Shown here: positions 14,020-27,809 of the stretch, piece by piece
Position numbering within the stretch: the first letter of the stretch is position 1
Layout: each line of letters starts with the position of its first letter
Source: Lama glama
Lineage: Eukaryota
Length of the DNA stretch: 64,000 bases
Reading direction: 5' to 3'
NCBI GenBank assembly: GCA_028534125.1
Contig: CM052818.1
Location: 11,968,001-12,032,000, forward strand
Program-made: the position numbers and the translations under genes
The notes under the pieces: model-generated
Databases searched by the model: none
What the model saw: the letters and a program-made list of their open reading frames with translations, nothing else
What the model was told of the DNA's origin: nothing

Positions 14020-14483
14020 CAGATGGTCCCTGACTTAATTTGACTTACGATTTTTCAACTTTACAGTGGTCCAAAAGCGGTACACATTCAGTAGAAACCT
14101 CATTTTGAATTTTGATCTTTTCCTGGGTTAGTGATATGCTGAATGGTACTGTCCATGTTTCTGGACAACAGCAGCAGCCGCAGCTCCCAGTCAGCCACGT
14201 GAGCATAAGGGGAAACAACCATGTACAACCATCCTGCACCCAGACAGCCATTCTGTTTTTCACTTTCACAGTATTGAATAAGTTATATGAGATATTCAAC
14301 ACTTACTATACACCAGGCTTTGTGTTGGATGACTTTGCCCAACTGTAGGTTAATGTAACTGTTCTGAGCATGTTTTAAGGTAGGCTTGGCTAAGCTGTGA
14401 TGATGTTCAGTAGATTCGGTGTATTAAATGTACTTCTAACTGTTTATCTGGATATAGCCCCATCATAAATTGAGTAAGAATTG
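14020..14483. mobile_element. TcMar-Tigger non-autonomous DNA transposon (MER47-like)
   Basis: ta|cagatggtccctgactta ... ccccatcataaattgagtaagaattg|ta; degenerate terminal inverted repeats with TA TSD. Confidence 0.8.
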
Positions 14484-14489
14484 TACTAT

Positions 14490-15650
14490 ATATGGAGCAC
14501 TGAGCTGGATCCTAAGGAATTTGAGGTGAATTAACCAGGTTCTAACATCCTAGGATGTTTGGGTTTCAGGTGTAACTTTCTATCTCATCAGGAGACAGGC
14601 ATTTAAAAAGATAATTTCAGTAAAATGTATTAAGTGATATGAAGAGCCATTTTGATAATGTAGAGAAGAGGCACATAATTTAACCTGATGTGGTCAAGCA
14701 AGTTTTCTGGATAAGATGTTACTTGAGCTCAGTGAATCTTGAGGAATGAGAGATGAGGCTTGGGAGGATACATGATACTTCAGGAGAGAACTACCTTAGC
14801 CAGAGAACAAAGGCATGACATTGTGGGAGACAACACGTAAATCATACATCATTTTGTACTCTCTAGTCAGTGATAGGACTGAGCTTTTGCTTAGAGTTAG
14901 GCGGGGTCTCCTGTACTAATAATTCTGATAATCTTGGACTTTATCCCCAAAGTGATGGGATTATAAGGAAAAAGCACAACATGGCCAGAATTTTGTTTTA
15001 TGATAGCATTTCTCAGAGTGGTTTTTTGTTTTGTTTTGTTTTTGGCTATTAATAGGATTAAGGTGGAGAAAGGACTCTGATCTAATAAATTTATGAAATC
15101 CTAGATTTAATTTCTGCTATTTCTTTAGGACTTCTCACCTTTCTTGGTACACCAAGATGTATTATAAATCTCTAGCATTACTCTTTTTTTTTTCTTCCTC
15201 TCAGAATGCCTTTATAGATCAGTTTTCAGCAAAACTTGTTTTTTAGTAGGTCACTCTGTCATTGTAGAGGAGGGTTCTAAGTGAGGATGGCAAGACTACA
15301 GTGAAGAAAACTGAGAGACTACTATGTACTTACCCACGTAGGCAACGATTAGGGTCTGTTCGAGGTTAATGATTGCAGGGAAAGAGGAAAGTAGATTGGG
15401 AAAATTCCACAGGTTATGTTGGTAGAACTTGGTGATGGATTGGGCATGAGATCTCATGGAGTACTCCCACTGCTTCTGGTGTGGGTGATTAGATTAGATA
15501 GATGGTTGTACTACCAAGTGAGGCGGAGAATGCAGTAAGAAAAGGCCTATTAGAGTCATATTCAGTTGGGAATTTGATGAGTTTGGTATGTCTATGGTAT
15601 GTCAAAATAAATGTGTTTAGTGGGCAGTTGGATATATGACTTTGCATCTC
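14490..15650 (-). mobile_element. L2 fragments (discontinuous)
   Basis: cttggactttatccccaaagtgatggg, gaacttggtgatggattggg and gtgggcagttggatatatga are L2-like motifs. Confidence 0.6.
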
Positions 15651-16044
15651 ATACAGTCAGTTACTTGCCAAATTAAGGAAGAAGATACATCATAATTTCA
15701 GTTGATTTCTAAGTTTATCAAGGTTAATTTAAGCTTTGCAGAAATTTTGAGATACGTGCATTGTGAGCATATGAGATACTTTTTATGGAATGGTAAAATT
15801 CTTCCATGAACTTAAACACTTATTAATGAGACTAGTGGTAAACAGTAAAAAACAAACAAAAACCAACCAACCAAAGGAAGAAAAGTCCTCAAAAAAAACA
15901 AAACCAAAAACAAACCAGGGTTTTTTAATCAGATGTCTTCAATACCAGTCTAAGGTACATTAAATAATTTACCTGTTGATATTAATAAATCTGACTTTGT
16001 TGTAGACCTTCATGATAGGCTTCAGAGTTAATTCTGCTGGACCA

Positions 16045-16255
16045 CTGTAACACAGTGAAAAGAGAACATAGAATCTTAAAATCTGGGTCAAATTCTGGCT
16101 TTATCCTTAGAGTGCATGACCTTGGGCGAATCATTTAACTTAATCTGTAAAAAAGAGAGGAAGTAATACTTAAGTCATGGATTGCATGTAAGAGTAAATT
16201 GAGATACTGTTTATGATAGTCCTTTTGAATTGTAAAGTGCTATACAAATGTATAA
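16045..16255 (+). mobile_element. MIR
   Basis: tctgggtcaaattctggctt...catgaccttgggcgaatcatttaact...tgtaaagtgctatacaaatgt. Confidence 0.7.
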
Positions 16256-18307
16256 AGTGTATAGGGAGGTAACACAATTTATGAATTGGTGAGCTTTTAA
16301 AATAGCAAGTCATTCTGTATGCTAGTACCACACTGTTTTGATAACTGAGCTTCGTAGTAAGTTTTGAAATCAGGAAATGTGATTACCACTTTTCCTTTCC
16401 ACTTTTTTCCTCCAGCTTTGTTATTTTTCAAGATTGTATGACTATACAGGGTCTCTTAAGATTCTATATAAATTTTAAGATAGGATTTTCTATTTCTGCT
16501 CAAAAATGTCATTGGATTTTGATAAGGATTGCACTGTCTTCCAGTTCATGAGTGGATTGAGATTCCATTTATTGATGTCTTCTTTAATTTTTTTCACAAA
16601 TTTTTTTTAGTTTTCATTTTATAAGTTCTTACCCTCCTTGGTTAACTTAACTACTAAGTATTTTACTCTTTTTGATGCTATTGTAAATGGAATACTTAAT
16701 TTCTTTTTTGGATTGTTCATTATTGTTCTTCAGAAACGCAACTCATTTTTGTGTTTTGACTTTACTGGTGGTCAAAGTGGTATCCTGCTACTTTGCTGAA
16801 TTAGTTTCTTAGTTTTAACAATTTGGGGAGGAATATTTGAGTTTTTTACCTGTAAGATTACATCTTCTGCCAGCAAGGATAATTTTACTTATTCCTTTCC
16901 AAAAAGTTTGAATACTTCTAATTTATTTTTCTTGGCTACCTGATCTGGCTAGAACTGTGTTGAACAGAAGTAGTAAAAGTAGGTATCCTTGTCTTGTTCC
17001 TGATCTTAGAGGAAAAACTTTCAGTCTATGAACATTGAGTATGGTGTTTGCTGCAGTTTTTCATAATGTGGCTTTTATTATGTTGCAGTAATTTTCTTCA
17101 ATCCTAGTTTGTTGAGTTTTATCAAGAGAGGGTGTTAAACATTGTCAGATGCTTTTTCTGCATCAAGTGAGATGATTGTGGGGATTTTTTTCCTTATTCT
17201 GTTAGTATAGTATATTACATTCTATTGATTTGCATATAGGGAGCCATCCTTGCATTATGAGAATGAATCCCACTTGATCTCTGTGTATAATCTTCTTAAT
17301 ATGCTGCTAAATTTGGTTTGCTGGTATTTTGTTGAGGATTTTTATATCAATATTCATAAGGGATCATGTTTTTTCAGTTTTCCTGGGGCTTTAGTATCAG
17401 GGTAAATCTTATAAAATGAGTTAGAAAGTATTTTCCCCTCTTTAGCTTTTTGGGAAAGTTTAAGAAGGATTGGTGTTCTTTTTCACGTTTGATATAATTC
17501 ACCAGTGACACTATCAGGTCCAGGGCTTTCTCTTTTAAGATATTTTGATTAATGATTCAATCTCCCTACTCTATTCAAATTTTCTGGTTCTTTGTGATTT
17601 AGTCTTGGAAAGTTTTGTGTTTCTCAGGATTTGTTCATTTCATCTAGGTTACCCAGTTTGTTGACATACAGGTTTTCATAGTTCTCTCTTACAATTCTTA
17701 TTTCTGTAGAATGGTAGTAATATCCCCACTTTGATATCTGATTCTAGTAATTTGAATTCTTTCTTTTTTTCTTAGGCCATCATCTAAAAATTTGTCAACT
17801 TGTTGACCTTTATAACTAACTGACCTTTGGTTTTCTTGATTTTTCTTTATTGTCTTTCTATTCTCTATTTTACTTATCTCTTCTGTAATCTTTATTATTT
17901 CTTTCCTTCCTTCTGCTAAGTTTAAGCTTAGTTTGGTCCTTTAGTTGTTAAGTTAGGTTGTTGATGTGAGATCTTTCTTGTTTGTTAGTGTGTGCATTTA
18001 GTTATAAATTTTCTTTTTAGTACTGCTTTTTCTACATTCTAGAGAATGTTTTCACCTTTGTCTCTTAAGTATTTTCTAATTTTCCTGTGATTTCTTCTTT
18101 GATCCATTGCTTGTTTAAGAGTATGTTATTTAATTTTCACATATTTGTGACTTTTCTAATTTTCTTTCTTTTATTGATTTCTAACTACATCTTTTTGTGG
18201 TTAGAAAAGATACTTTATATGATGTCTATCTTTTCAAATTTATTGATAAATATTTTGTAGCCTAAAACGTGGTGTGTCCTGGAAAACATTCCATGTGCAT
18301 TTGAGAA

Positions 18308-18807
18308 NNNNNNNNNNNNNNNNNNNNNNNNNNNNNNNNNNNNNNNNNNNNNNNNNNNNNNNNNNNNNNNNNNNNNNNNNNNNNNNNNNNNNNNNNNNNN
18401 NNNNNNNNNNNNNNNNNNNNNNNNNNNNNNNNNNNNNNNNNNNNNNNNNNNNNNNNNNNNNNNNNNNNNNNNNNNNNNNNNNNNNNNNNNNNNNNNNNNN
18501 NNNNNNNNNNNNNNNNNNNNNNNNNNNNNNNNNNNNNNNNNNNNNNNNNNNNNNNNNNNNNNNNNNNNNNNNNNNNNNNNNNNNNNNNNNNNNNNNNNNN
18601 NNNNNNNNNNNNNNNNNNNNNNNNNNNNNNNNNNNNNNNNNNNNNNNNNNNNNNNNNNNNNNNNNNNNNNNNNNNNNNNNNNNNNNNNNNNNNNNNNNNN
18701 NNNNNNNNNNNNNNNNNNNNNNNNNNNNNNNNNNNNNNNNNNNNNNNNNNNNNNNNNNNNNNNNNNNNNNNNNNNNNNNNNNNNNNNNNNNNNNNNNNNN
18801 NNNNNNN
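18308..18807. other. Assembly gap (500 N)
   Basis: Run of N. Confidence 1.
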
Positions 18808-19293
18808 CATGTATATTCTGTTATTGGGTGGAGAGTTCTATTTATGTCTGTTAGATCTTGTTGACTTGTTGTGTTGTTCAGGTCCTTTATTTCTTTACTT
18901 CTGTCTGCTTATTCTGTTATTGAGAGTAGGGTATTAGTGTCTCCTAACTGTTACTGTACAGCTGTTTCTCTTCAGTTCTGTTAATTTTTGTTTCATGTTT
19001 TGCTGATCTGTTATTACCTGCATGAAAGATTTAGTTGTTATATCTTCTTGCTGGATTGGACCTTTTATTAATATATAATGTCCTTTGTCTCTTATAACCT
19101 ATCTTGATTTAAAGTCTATTTTGTCTGACTTTAGCATAGCCACTCCTACTTTCTTTGGTTATTATCTGCATGGAATGTCTTTTTTCCAGTCTTTCACTTT
19201 CAACCTCTTTGTGTCTGTGGATCTAAAGTGAGTCTTTTGTAGACAGCATATAGTTGGATCATGTGTTTTTAATCTATCCTGCCAATCTCTGTC

Positions 19294-19350
19294 CTTTTTT
19301 TTTTTTTTTTTTGGTTAACATCTTTTCTGTTTAGAATAGCCCTTTCAATA
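19294..19350 (-). mobile_element. Tiny polyA-tailed retro-insertion with 12-bp TSD
   Basis: ccaatctctgtc (19282-19293), T18, 38 nt, then ccaatctctgtc (19351-19362). Confidence 0.85.
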
Positions 19351-20697
19351 CCAATCTCTGTCTTTTAATTACAGTTTAGTCCATTTATAGTTATTACTGA
19401 TAAGGAGGGACTTAATCTGTCATTTTGCTACTGTTTCTGTATATCTTACAGTTATTTTGATGCTTATTTCCTGTATTACTATTTTATTTAGTGTTCCAGT
19501 TGGTTTTTTGGAGTGAAACATTTCAATTCATATGTTAATTATTTTTGTGTATATTCTGTAGCTATTTTCTCTGTAGTTACCATCAGGATTACATTTAACA
19601 TCCTGTAGTTATAACCCTCTAATTTATACCAGCTTAACTTCAGTAAGATACACAAGCTGTGGTCCTTTACAGCTCTATACCCACTCTCCTCAGTTGTTGA
19701 TGTCACTAAATTTTATTTTTATAGTATGTGCTCAGATTCACAAACTGATGTATTTTAAATGCATTTGTCTTTTAAATTATGTGGAAGCCAAAGTGTGAAG
19801 TTACAAACCAAAGTTAGTCAAACCAGCTTTGAGATAAGTAATTCTTAGTTTTAAAAAATGTTTTAGTCTCTTAAATCATGTAGAAAACAAGTGTAGTAAA
19901 AACATTTTTATAATAATAACTTTTATAACTGCACATGTATTTACCTTTACTGAGATCTTTATTTTTCATAGGGCTATATGCTACTGTCTAGTGTCCTTGC
20001 ATTTCAACTTGCTAAACTTCCTTTAACATTTTTTGTGGGGCAGATCTAATGGTAATAGACTCCTTTTGTTTGTATAAAGATGTCTTTATTTCTCCAACAC
20101 AGATGAACGGTAATTTTGCCAGTGATGGGATTTTTGGTTGACTTTTTTTTTTCTTTTAGAACTTGTGAATATTAATATTAACCCACTGTCTTCTGGTCAT
20201 CAAAGTTTCTGATGAAAAATCTGCTAATAGTCTTTGAAGATCCCTTGTATGTGATCTTCTCACTTCTTTCAAGATTCTCCTTGTCTTTTGAAAACTTGAT
20301 TATAGTGTTGTAGTGTGTGTCCCTTTGAGTTCATCTTACTTGGAGTTCTTTGAGCCTCTTGCATGTATATATTTGTATATTTCAGCAAATTTGGGAGTTT
20401 TTCAGCCATGCTTCCAGATATTCTCTCTACCATTTTCCCTCTCTTATTCTGGGACCTCCACAGTCCATATATTAGTCAACTTGATGTGTCCCACAGTTCC
20501 CTTAGGCTCTGTGTACTTTTCTTCAGTTTTTTTCCTTTGTTTCTTAGACATAATAATTAGTTTTGTTTTGTTTTTAATGCCCTGTAATTTTTTTTTTTGC
20601 TATTGTTGAAAACTGGGCATTTTAATTATATAATGCGGTAACTCTAGAAATTGGATTCTCCCCTCTCCCCAGTGAGGAAAGATCGGGATCTCCTATT

Positions 20698-20717
20698 GTG
20701 TGTGTGTGTGTGTGTGT
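20698..20717. repeat. (TG)n microsatellite
   Basis: About 10 TG units followed by (TTG)n. Confidence 0.9.
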
Positions 20718-20858
20718 TTTGTTGTTGTTGTAGGCTTTCTCTGTGTCCAGAATCAGTCTAAGGTGTAAGCTTTGGGTCTTCTGGCCTTTTTGAGCCCGTA
20801 CCTTTCCCTGGGCATGCAGAGTGACTTCCAGATTTTTCTTGTATAGGCAGTTGCTTTT

Positions 20859-21484
20859 TTTTTTCTTCCAGTTTTATTGAGATATTGAGTTGACATACAG
20901 CATTGGGTACGTGTAAGCTGTGCAGCGTAATGATTTGAGTTGTATGCGTTATCAAATGATTATCACAGTTAAATTTGGTGAATATCCATCATCTCATATA
21001 TTTACAGAATGAAAGAAAGTAAAAAATATTTTCTTCTTATGATGATAACTCCTGGATTTACTTTCTTAACAATTTTCACATATAACATACAGCAGTGTTA
21101 ACTGTATCAATCATGTACATTACATCTCTAATACTTACTTTTCTTATCACTAGAAGTATATACCTTTTGACCACCTTCGTCTATTTCCTCCTCCACCCAC
21201 CCCTCCCCTCTAGTAACCACAAATATGATCTCTTTTTCTATGAGTTTGTTTGTTTGAAGTGTAATTGACCTACAACACTATTATACACAACATAGTCATT
21301 CAGCATTTCTGTGCATTGCAAAATGATCACTAAGTTTAGTCACTGTCTTATCACCATACAAAGATATTACAATATTATTGACTATATTCTCCGCACTGTA
21401 CATTTTATCCTCATGACTCATTTATTTTGTAACTGGACGTTTGTACTTCTTAACATTCCTCATCCATTTCACTCATCCCAGTTG
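20859..21484 (-). mobile_element. L1 3' end (L1MA-like) nested in the older L1
   Basis: PolyT then ccagttttattgagatattgagttgacatacagc; near-TSD agttgctttt / agctgctttt at 20849-20858 and 21485-21494. Confidence 0.75.
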
Positions 21485-23207
21485 AGCTGCTTTTGAATGT
21501 TATTATAGTCTTTAATGTCTGACACTCAAAAGGGGAAAATGAAGACGAGGGTAGAAAAGAAAAAAAAGAGCCCCGTCTTCCTAAATACTCTGCCAGACAT
21601 TTCTGCAGGAGAGGGAGGGACTTGCAGTGGTGGGAGGAGGTTCAGCAACAATGTCCAACTGTGGTTTTGTTCATTTCTCTGAGATTAGAAGCAGTATTCT
21701 GCCATCAGAGCACAGATCCCAGATATTTGAAAGACAGGTCCTTTTTGCGCACTCCGGCTCCTATAAGCTGTGTGTGTGTGCAGGGCTGCCTGTCATGGGG
21801 CTGGGAGCTGGGTGATGGGTAGCCCCTGGGAAGCTCAGAGCTGAAATTGACCAAAGTTGCAAGCCTTCCGTAGACTCCAGAGTTCCACAGTAGTTACGTC
21901 GGACAGATTTCTGTCAGCACATTTGTTGTCTACATTGGGATATAGGTCCTTGGTGCTTTCTACTCAGGCATCTACCCAGAATCCTCTACTGATTGGCTTG
22001 ATTTTTTTTTTTTAATAATCGTCTACAATATAGGCTAGCTTAGGACTGGACTGGAAGTGCCTACTCATTTTCAACATAAACTTGACAGGTATTTATTCCT
22101 CCCTCCTTTCTTTCCTCTCTCCCTCCCTTCCATTCTCTTTCCCTCCATCCCTTATCTTTTTTGTTAATAGAATTGCTGTAGTCATTCTGTGATGGCTACA
22201 CATTGAATATATTTCATTTAACTTTGTGGGCAGATATACTCTCCACATGACTTAAAAATAGTAGCAAATCTTTTAAATCATCAGTAGTCAGTTATAGTAC
22301 AAAAAAAAAAGAAGAGGTGATGCATTCTTTATGGATTGTGTGACAGAATAACGTTTGATTAAATAGATTTATTTATTGAGATACCTATAGAAAGAGTTGA
22401 GAACATTAATGAAGCTTGCAAATAAGATGAAATGAACTGTATTTAAGAGATATATCTCTTTAAAGATATCTGATTGGGAATATTGCAATTAATATTAAAA
22501 TTACATTTCTTTAAAAGTTTAATCTCTTGATATTCCCTTATTCTATTGAAGCCTTTTGAATTCCTCTGAGATAAAGACAAAAATGATTATTAGAGGATTT
22601 ATCTGCACATATTATAGGAAAGTATAAAAAAATCAGAATGGAAAGCAACTGTTGCAAGTACCAGAAAATTATGCTATTAATTTAAGTGTCATCAGAGCAC
22701 AAAAGATCACATTCCGGGACTGCAAGAAAATTATTAAAATACTGGAAATAATAGTACTTAAGATGAAGATATTATGCTCTAAGATCTGGTTAAGTGACTG
22801 ACATTATTATATCACTTCAGGTATTATAAAAGTAACAAAATGCTTTTAAAGATAATAAGCGTTACATTTTGAGATTGGCAGTGTTCACACTTCTCTGCTT
22901 AAGTGCTTTCCTAGTTTAACATAATTTAATAACAGTTATGGGGGAATAGCTAACATCTTAGTTCCCAGATATATCCTTCCTCCTTCCTTCTCCAATATAT
23001 ACACATTTTATATATCTATATATACATGTAAAAGTGATAAAATTTTATTCTCTAAGTGGTGGGTTTATGAAGTTACTCTTCTGCCTTAGTCCTTTCTATT
23101 AGGAATACTGCTATTTAGTAATTTTTTTAGCTTCTAAATGTTGAGAAATCTACTTCAGAGAAGGTACTGCTATGTAGATCCATTACTGTCCAGAAATCAG
23201 AATGAGT

Positions 23208-24515
23208 GTTTTTTTTAAACAGCTTTATTGAGGTATAATTGATATACGATAAACTGAACTTATATCTGATGAGCTTTGACAAATGTTTACCCCCATGAAA
23301 TCAATCCCACAATCAAGATAATAAACATTTCCACATCAACGAGGTTTCCCCTTCCCCTTTTTTGTCCCACCATTCTGGCCCTCTTGTGCCCCTTGATTCC
23401 TAGGCAACCACCGATGTCTTCTGGAATTTTACATAATTCTATGAATCTTTCTATTTGAGGCTTCTTTCCTCAGCATACTTAGAGATTTGTCAGTGTTGTA
23501 GCATGCAGTCATAGTTCATTGTTTTATGCTGAGTAGTACTCCTTTGTATGAATGTGCCAGGTATTGTTCATTTACCTGTTGATGGACACATGACTTGTTT
23601 TCAGGATTTGACTGTTACAGATAAAGCTACTGTGAACATTGTGTGAATGCCATTATATGAACATAGGCTTCCATTTCTCTTTGGCAAATACCTAGGGGTG
23701 GAATGGCTAGGTCACATAGGAAGGGTGTATTTAACTTTTTGAGAAACTGCTGAACAGTTTTCCAAAGTGGTTGTGCCCTTTAACATTCTCCGGAATAGTG
23801 CTTGAGGGTTCCTGTTTTTCTGCATCCTTGCTGGCATGTGGTATGTCCTATCATTTTCATCTTAGCCATTATAATGGGTAGCTCATTATGATTTTAATTT
23901 GTATTTCTTTAATGACCAGTGACGTTGAACATATTAAATGCTTGTCATCCATGTATCTTCATGAAGTGTCTGCAAATCTTTTGAATAAAGACCTGAGTTA
24001 ATGGAGAGATAAACCATATTCATGGATTAGAAGACCACATTGTTGTCAGTCACTTCTCTCTATATTGATCTATGGATTCAGTGCAATCCCAATCAAAATC
24101 CCAGCGGATTTTTTTTAATTGAAAAAATGATTCTGAAATTAATTTGGAAATGCAAAGAGCTTAAATAATCCAAAAAACTGAAAAAGGAGAAAATTGGAGA
24201 ACTAATAACACCTGATTTCAAGACTTACAAATTTACCTTTAAGACTAACCTATCTATCAAGACAATGTAGTATTAATATAAAATATGACAAATAGATCAC
24301 TGGAATAGAGAATTTAGAAATACACCTATAGAACTGTATATACATATAACTGTTTTCAGTGAAGGTGTAAAAACAGTTCAGTGGAGGAAAGACAGTCTTT
24401 TTAGTAAATAGGACTGAAGTAATTTGCTGTATGCAAAAAATGATGAAATTCAGCTCATTATAAAAATCAACTCAAAATGAATCATAAACTTAACATAAAA
24501 TCTAAACAATGAAAC
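23208..24515. mobile_element. Old L1 with an inverted segment: antisense 3' end (23208-23980) joined to a sense ORF2 piece (23985-24515)
   Basis: aacagctttattgaggtataattg (antisense 3' end) switches at ~23982 to sense catggattagaagacc...gcaatcccaatcaaaatcccagc. Confidence 0.75.
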
Positions 24516-24516
24516 G

Positions 24517-24620
24517 TTAGTTTGGGGAAGTTTTCGGTCATGATTTCTTCAAATACCTTTTCATTCCTCTTTGCTCTTCTCTCTCTGGGACCCTTGCCAT
24601 GTGTAGATTGGCACACTTTA
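24517..24620 (-). mobile_element. Short L1 ORF1 fragment
   Basis: ttggggaagttttcggtcatgatttcttcaaatacc is antisense of the ORF1 FEEIMxENFP-type motif. Confidence 0.65.
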
Positions 24621-27600
24621 TTTTTAAAGAGGATGTGTTCCTGTGTAGACTTTGTGCTTCTAATTGAAATTTACCTCCTTAAAAAAAAATCCTGATAGTT
24701 GCCTTTTGCTTGATTTGTTTTTTTCAAGATTGAACAAACCTTGTGCAAGCTATATGTGATCTAAAAGCATTATAACTTAGCAGGCCCTTTTAGAACTCAA
24801 TTTATAAAACAAAGAGTTGCCATCAGCTTCCTTTGACTTAGCACCACCATTTGAACAATTTTATGCAGCTTCTATGTAACAGTGGACTATAGCCACTAAC
24901 TTCTTAGCTTGTACTTATTTACCTAGTTTCTTTGTCAAATATCAATTTTTTTTAACATTTCAGTAATGCACTTCAGTAATGTACTGAATGAGTTGAAAAG
25001 AGTTTTTAGGCTTAAGCGTATAAAAAATTCATCAGTGGGTGGTGACAGTGGAAACCAGACCACTCATTTCTTTCACTTAATATACACCCTCTCAGCCATG
25101 GAGCTAGTAAGAACATTTTCATCTGCTTCCCTATTGGCTATGTTTCATAAGAAAATGTGATACCCTTCGAGATTTTTGTAGAATGCTGATATAACATAGT
25201 TTTCTGATTGTTTATTAAGCATGAACAATAACCAACTTGCTCTTCTCCTGCTCAAATATTGGGATACTTCATTCATCATACTTTACAGCAATGAAAATTG
25301 GCAAGCATTTCCAAAACAGATTGTATTTCTGCATTTTAAAACTAGTTAGGAAATAGAATATGCCTTTTAATTTTTTGGTAAGGTCATGATCTGGTGACAT
25401 TTGAGTGGATAACTTTCTAATGGTTCAAGATCTCAGGGTTTAAATGCCAAGTCTGTCACACTGAGCAGACTGTTCAGAAATCTCTTCAGTTGTGTTCAGA
25501 AATTTTCAGTGAACCAATGCAGGGATCTCACCAGATCTCATCAGGTCTGCTGACTGAGAAGCCTATATACAGAACAGCCCAGGTATCCTGATTTCAGTGC
25601 CGAGAATTTCATTAAATGCCTTAGGTGAACCTAACATTAAATTGATCTCTTCATATCTTTATGCCTCCTGTTTTCAAATCATGTCGAGATGCCAATTTTT
25701 TTCTTTGAGATTAATACATTCTTTTTATTCTTCTGACCTTTGTATTTCACAGAGGAAGACGGTACATCATTTTATTTAGTGAACATCTCCCGTTAAACTT
25801 AGCTCTTGTGCTCCCAGTGCATGTAATGTTATAGATGTAGTTTTCCAATGTCTAGTGGTTAGTCTGTGCTTTTTTTCCTGTCACTGCCCTACCCCATTAT
25901 AAAAATAGTCAGCTGGACTGAAAGAAACATAGATAAAATAATGTTGTGATTAGTATGCCTTCAACATAGTGTGTGGCAAATCTTTGGAGTAGGTAGAATG
26001 GAATGTACTCTTTTCACCTTGTTTATGTTTTCTACCTTTCTCAGAATGTCTCTCTTTTTTTTTTTTTTTGATGCTTTAAGGATAAGGGGTTGGCATTCCA
26101 TCCTACCCCTTCTCACCACAGCACAGCTTAGATGAGAGGCTTCTGCGTTATTATCTTGGTTACGAGGGTACTTTTCTTCTCTGCAAGACAGTTCATTGCT
26201 TTTGGAGCACTAAACCTTTTCTGTGTGTTATTTTTTTAAATTAGTTAATTTTTGTTTTGTTTTGCTGCTGATTGTTTTCCTTCTGCAGTTGCAGTTTCTT
26301 TTCTTTCTTACATCTTTTTTTCTCCATTTTATTTCTTTTAATCATGGTATTATGTGTATATGCAAAAAAGAATGGCATTTTCCTTTGATTAATGAATTAA
26401 CCAGTTGCAGTATTCTGGATCTACTTTTTAGATTTTCATCTTATTCAAGCTATATAATTACCTTGCTATTCCTACTAGAAATCTGTGGTTTCAAACCTAT
26501 TCCAAAAGTTTTGGAAGACTGAAATTTTTCCCCTATATTTTAGAAAATAATAGTAGTTGTGTAATGCATCTTTGGCTTCTCCCCTTAAATACATGGGAAT
26601 ATAAAGTGTAATGTAATCCAAATATTTTGAGTCTGGTATGAAAGTTCTTTTGATTCAAGAGGAAATGATTGCTCTACAGTGAATCATAAATTATTTATAT
26701 TTATATAATTTGAATGAGAAATATGTTTATAAACTTGATTTAGAAATACATGGGAGTATGTTACAGTACTTGGCATCTTGAGAGGAAATACATATTTTTA
26801 AGTGGACGGAATCACCTACTTTATGGATTTTCAAAGTCAGAGTTATCAACTTTTAGAGCTGGTGGTCACCTTAGAACTTAATCTTCCTCACACTCCCATT
26901 TATACAGTGTTAAAGCTTCAAGAGGCAGTATGTCTTGATCAAATACTTTGTTACCCATCAGGATTAGAATGGTGACCTTCTGGTGAACTGGATTCTTCTG
27001 TCTTTGTATGAGAGATCCTAACACAGTCCTGATAGACAGCTGAAATACTAGTTTCATTGAGTTAAGTTTAGTGTATTTTTCACTATACTGTACATGGCAT
27101 GAAATGAAAGGATGACTAACAGACCATTTATTCCTATTTCTACATATACTTTTATGATTATACAGATAATTGTGTTATTGTTGGAAGTATGGAAAAGTAC
27201 AAAGAAGAAAATAAAAGTTGTCATAAAAAGGGTTGTTTTAAAACCATACTGCCCAGGAATCAGTGAAGTCTTGGAACAAAATCATTGGGCCTGAATCAGA
27301 ACAAACCCACTTTTGATTATTCTGGGATGGGTTAAGGGCATGTATCATGGTCCTGTATGACCTACTGAATGCTCACCTCGTTAGTGATAGAGCAGTGACT
27401 AGGAACGGGAGTGCTATAAGAGAGAAGCTGTACGGTGGAACTGAGCTACGTCAGGTATTAAAGGAAAAGCTACTGTCGGAAAGCAGACTCCCGTCCAGTA
27501 GACCTCATTTTTCTCACCATCCTGCAGCTTTGAGGCTTTGCTCACCTTTTCTCTTTCTCTTACCCTGAAATTTTGCATTAGAGGTATAATGTCTGAACTT

Positions 27601-27809
27601 AGGCTGAGTATTTTTTTATTATGTGAATTTTTTCTCTAGGAAACTCTGTCCTCCATTTTTAAATATATATGAATTTTTTATTGATTTTCACTAACCCTTT
27701 TATATTAAGGGTGTTAATCCTTTGTCTAATATACAGTTTTCATGGGCTGTGAATTTCTCTACGTGGGGATCATACGTCTTTTAATAATGCTGTCAATTTT
27801 TAAACATAC

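Larger units (their letters stand above)
16310..21990 (-). mobile_element. Large old L1 (ORF2, ORF1 and 5' remnants) with nested insertions and a 500-N gap
   Basis: Continuous antisense ORF2 motifs (gtaccacactgttttgataactgagcttcgtagtaag; ccttgtcttgttcctgatcttagaggaaaa; tcaggtccagggctttc), then ORF1-like sequence at ~20050-20560; the extent beyond 20600 is less certain. Confidence 0.8.

Noticed and set aside
18262..18864. 182-aa and 196-aa ORFs
   Set aside because: Artefacts of the 500-N gap
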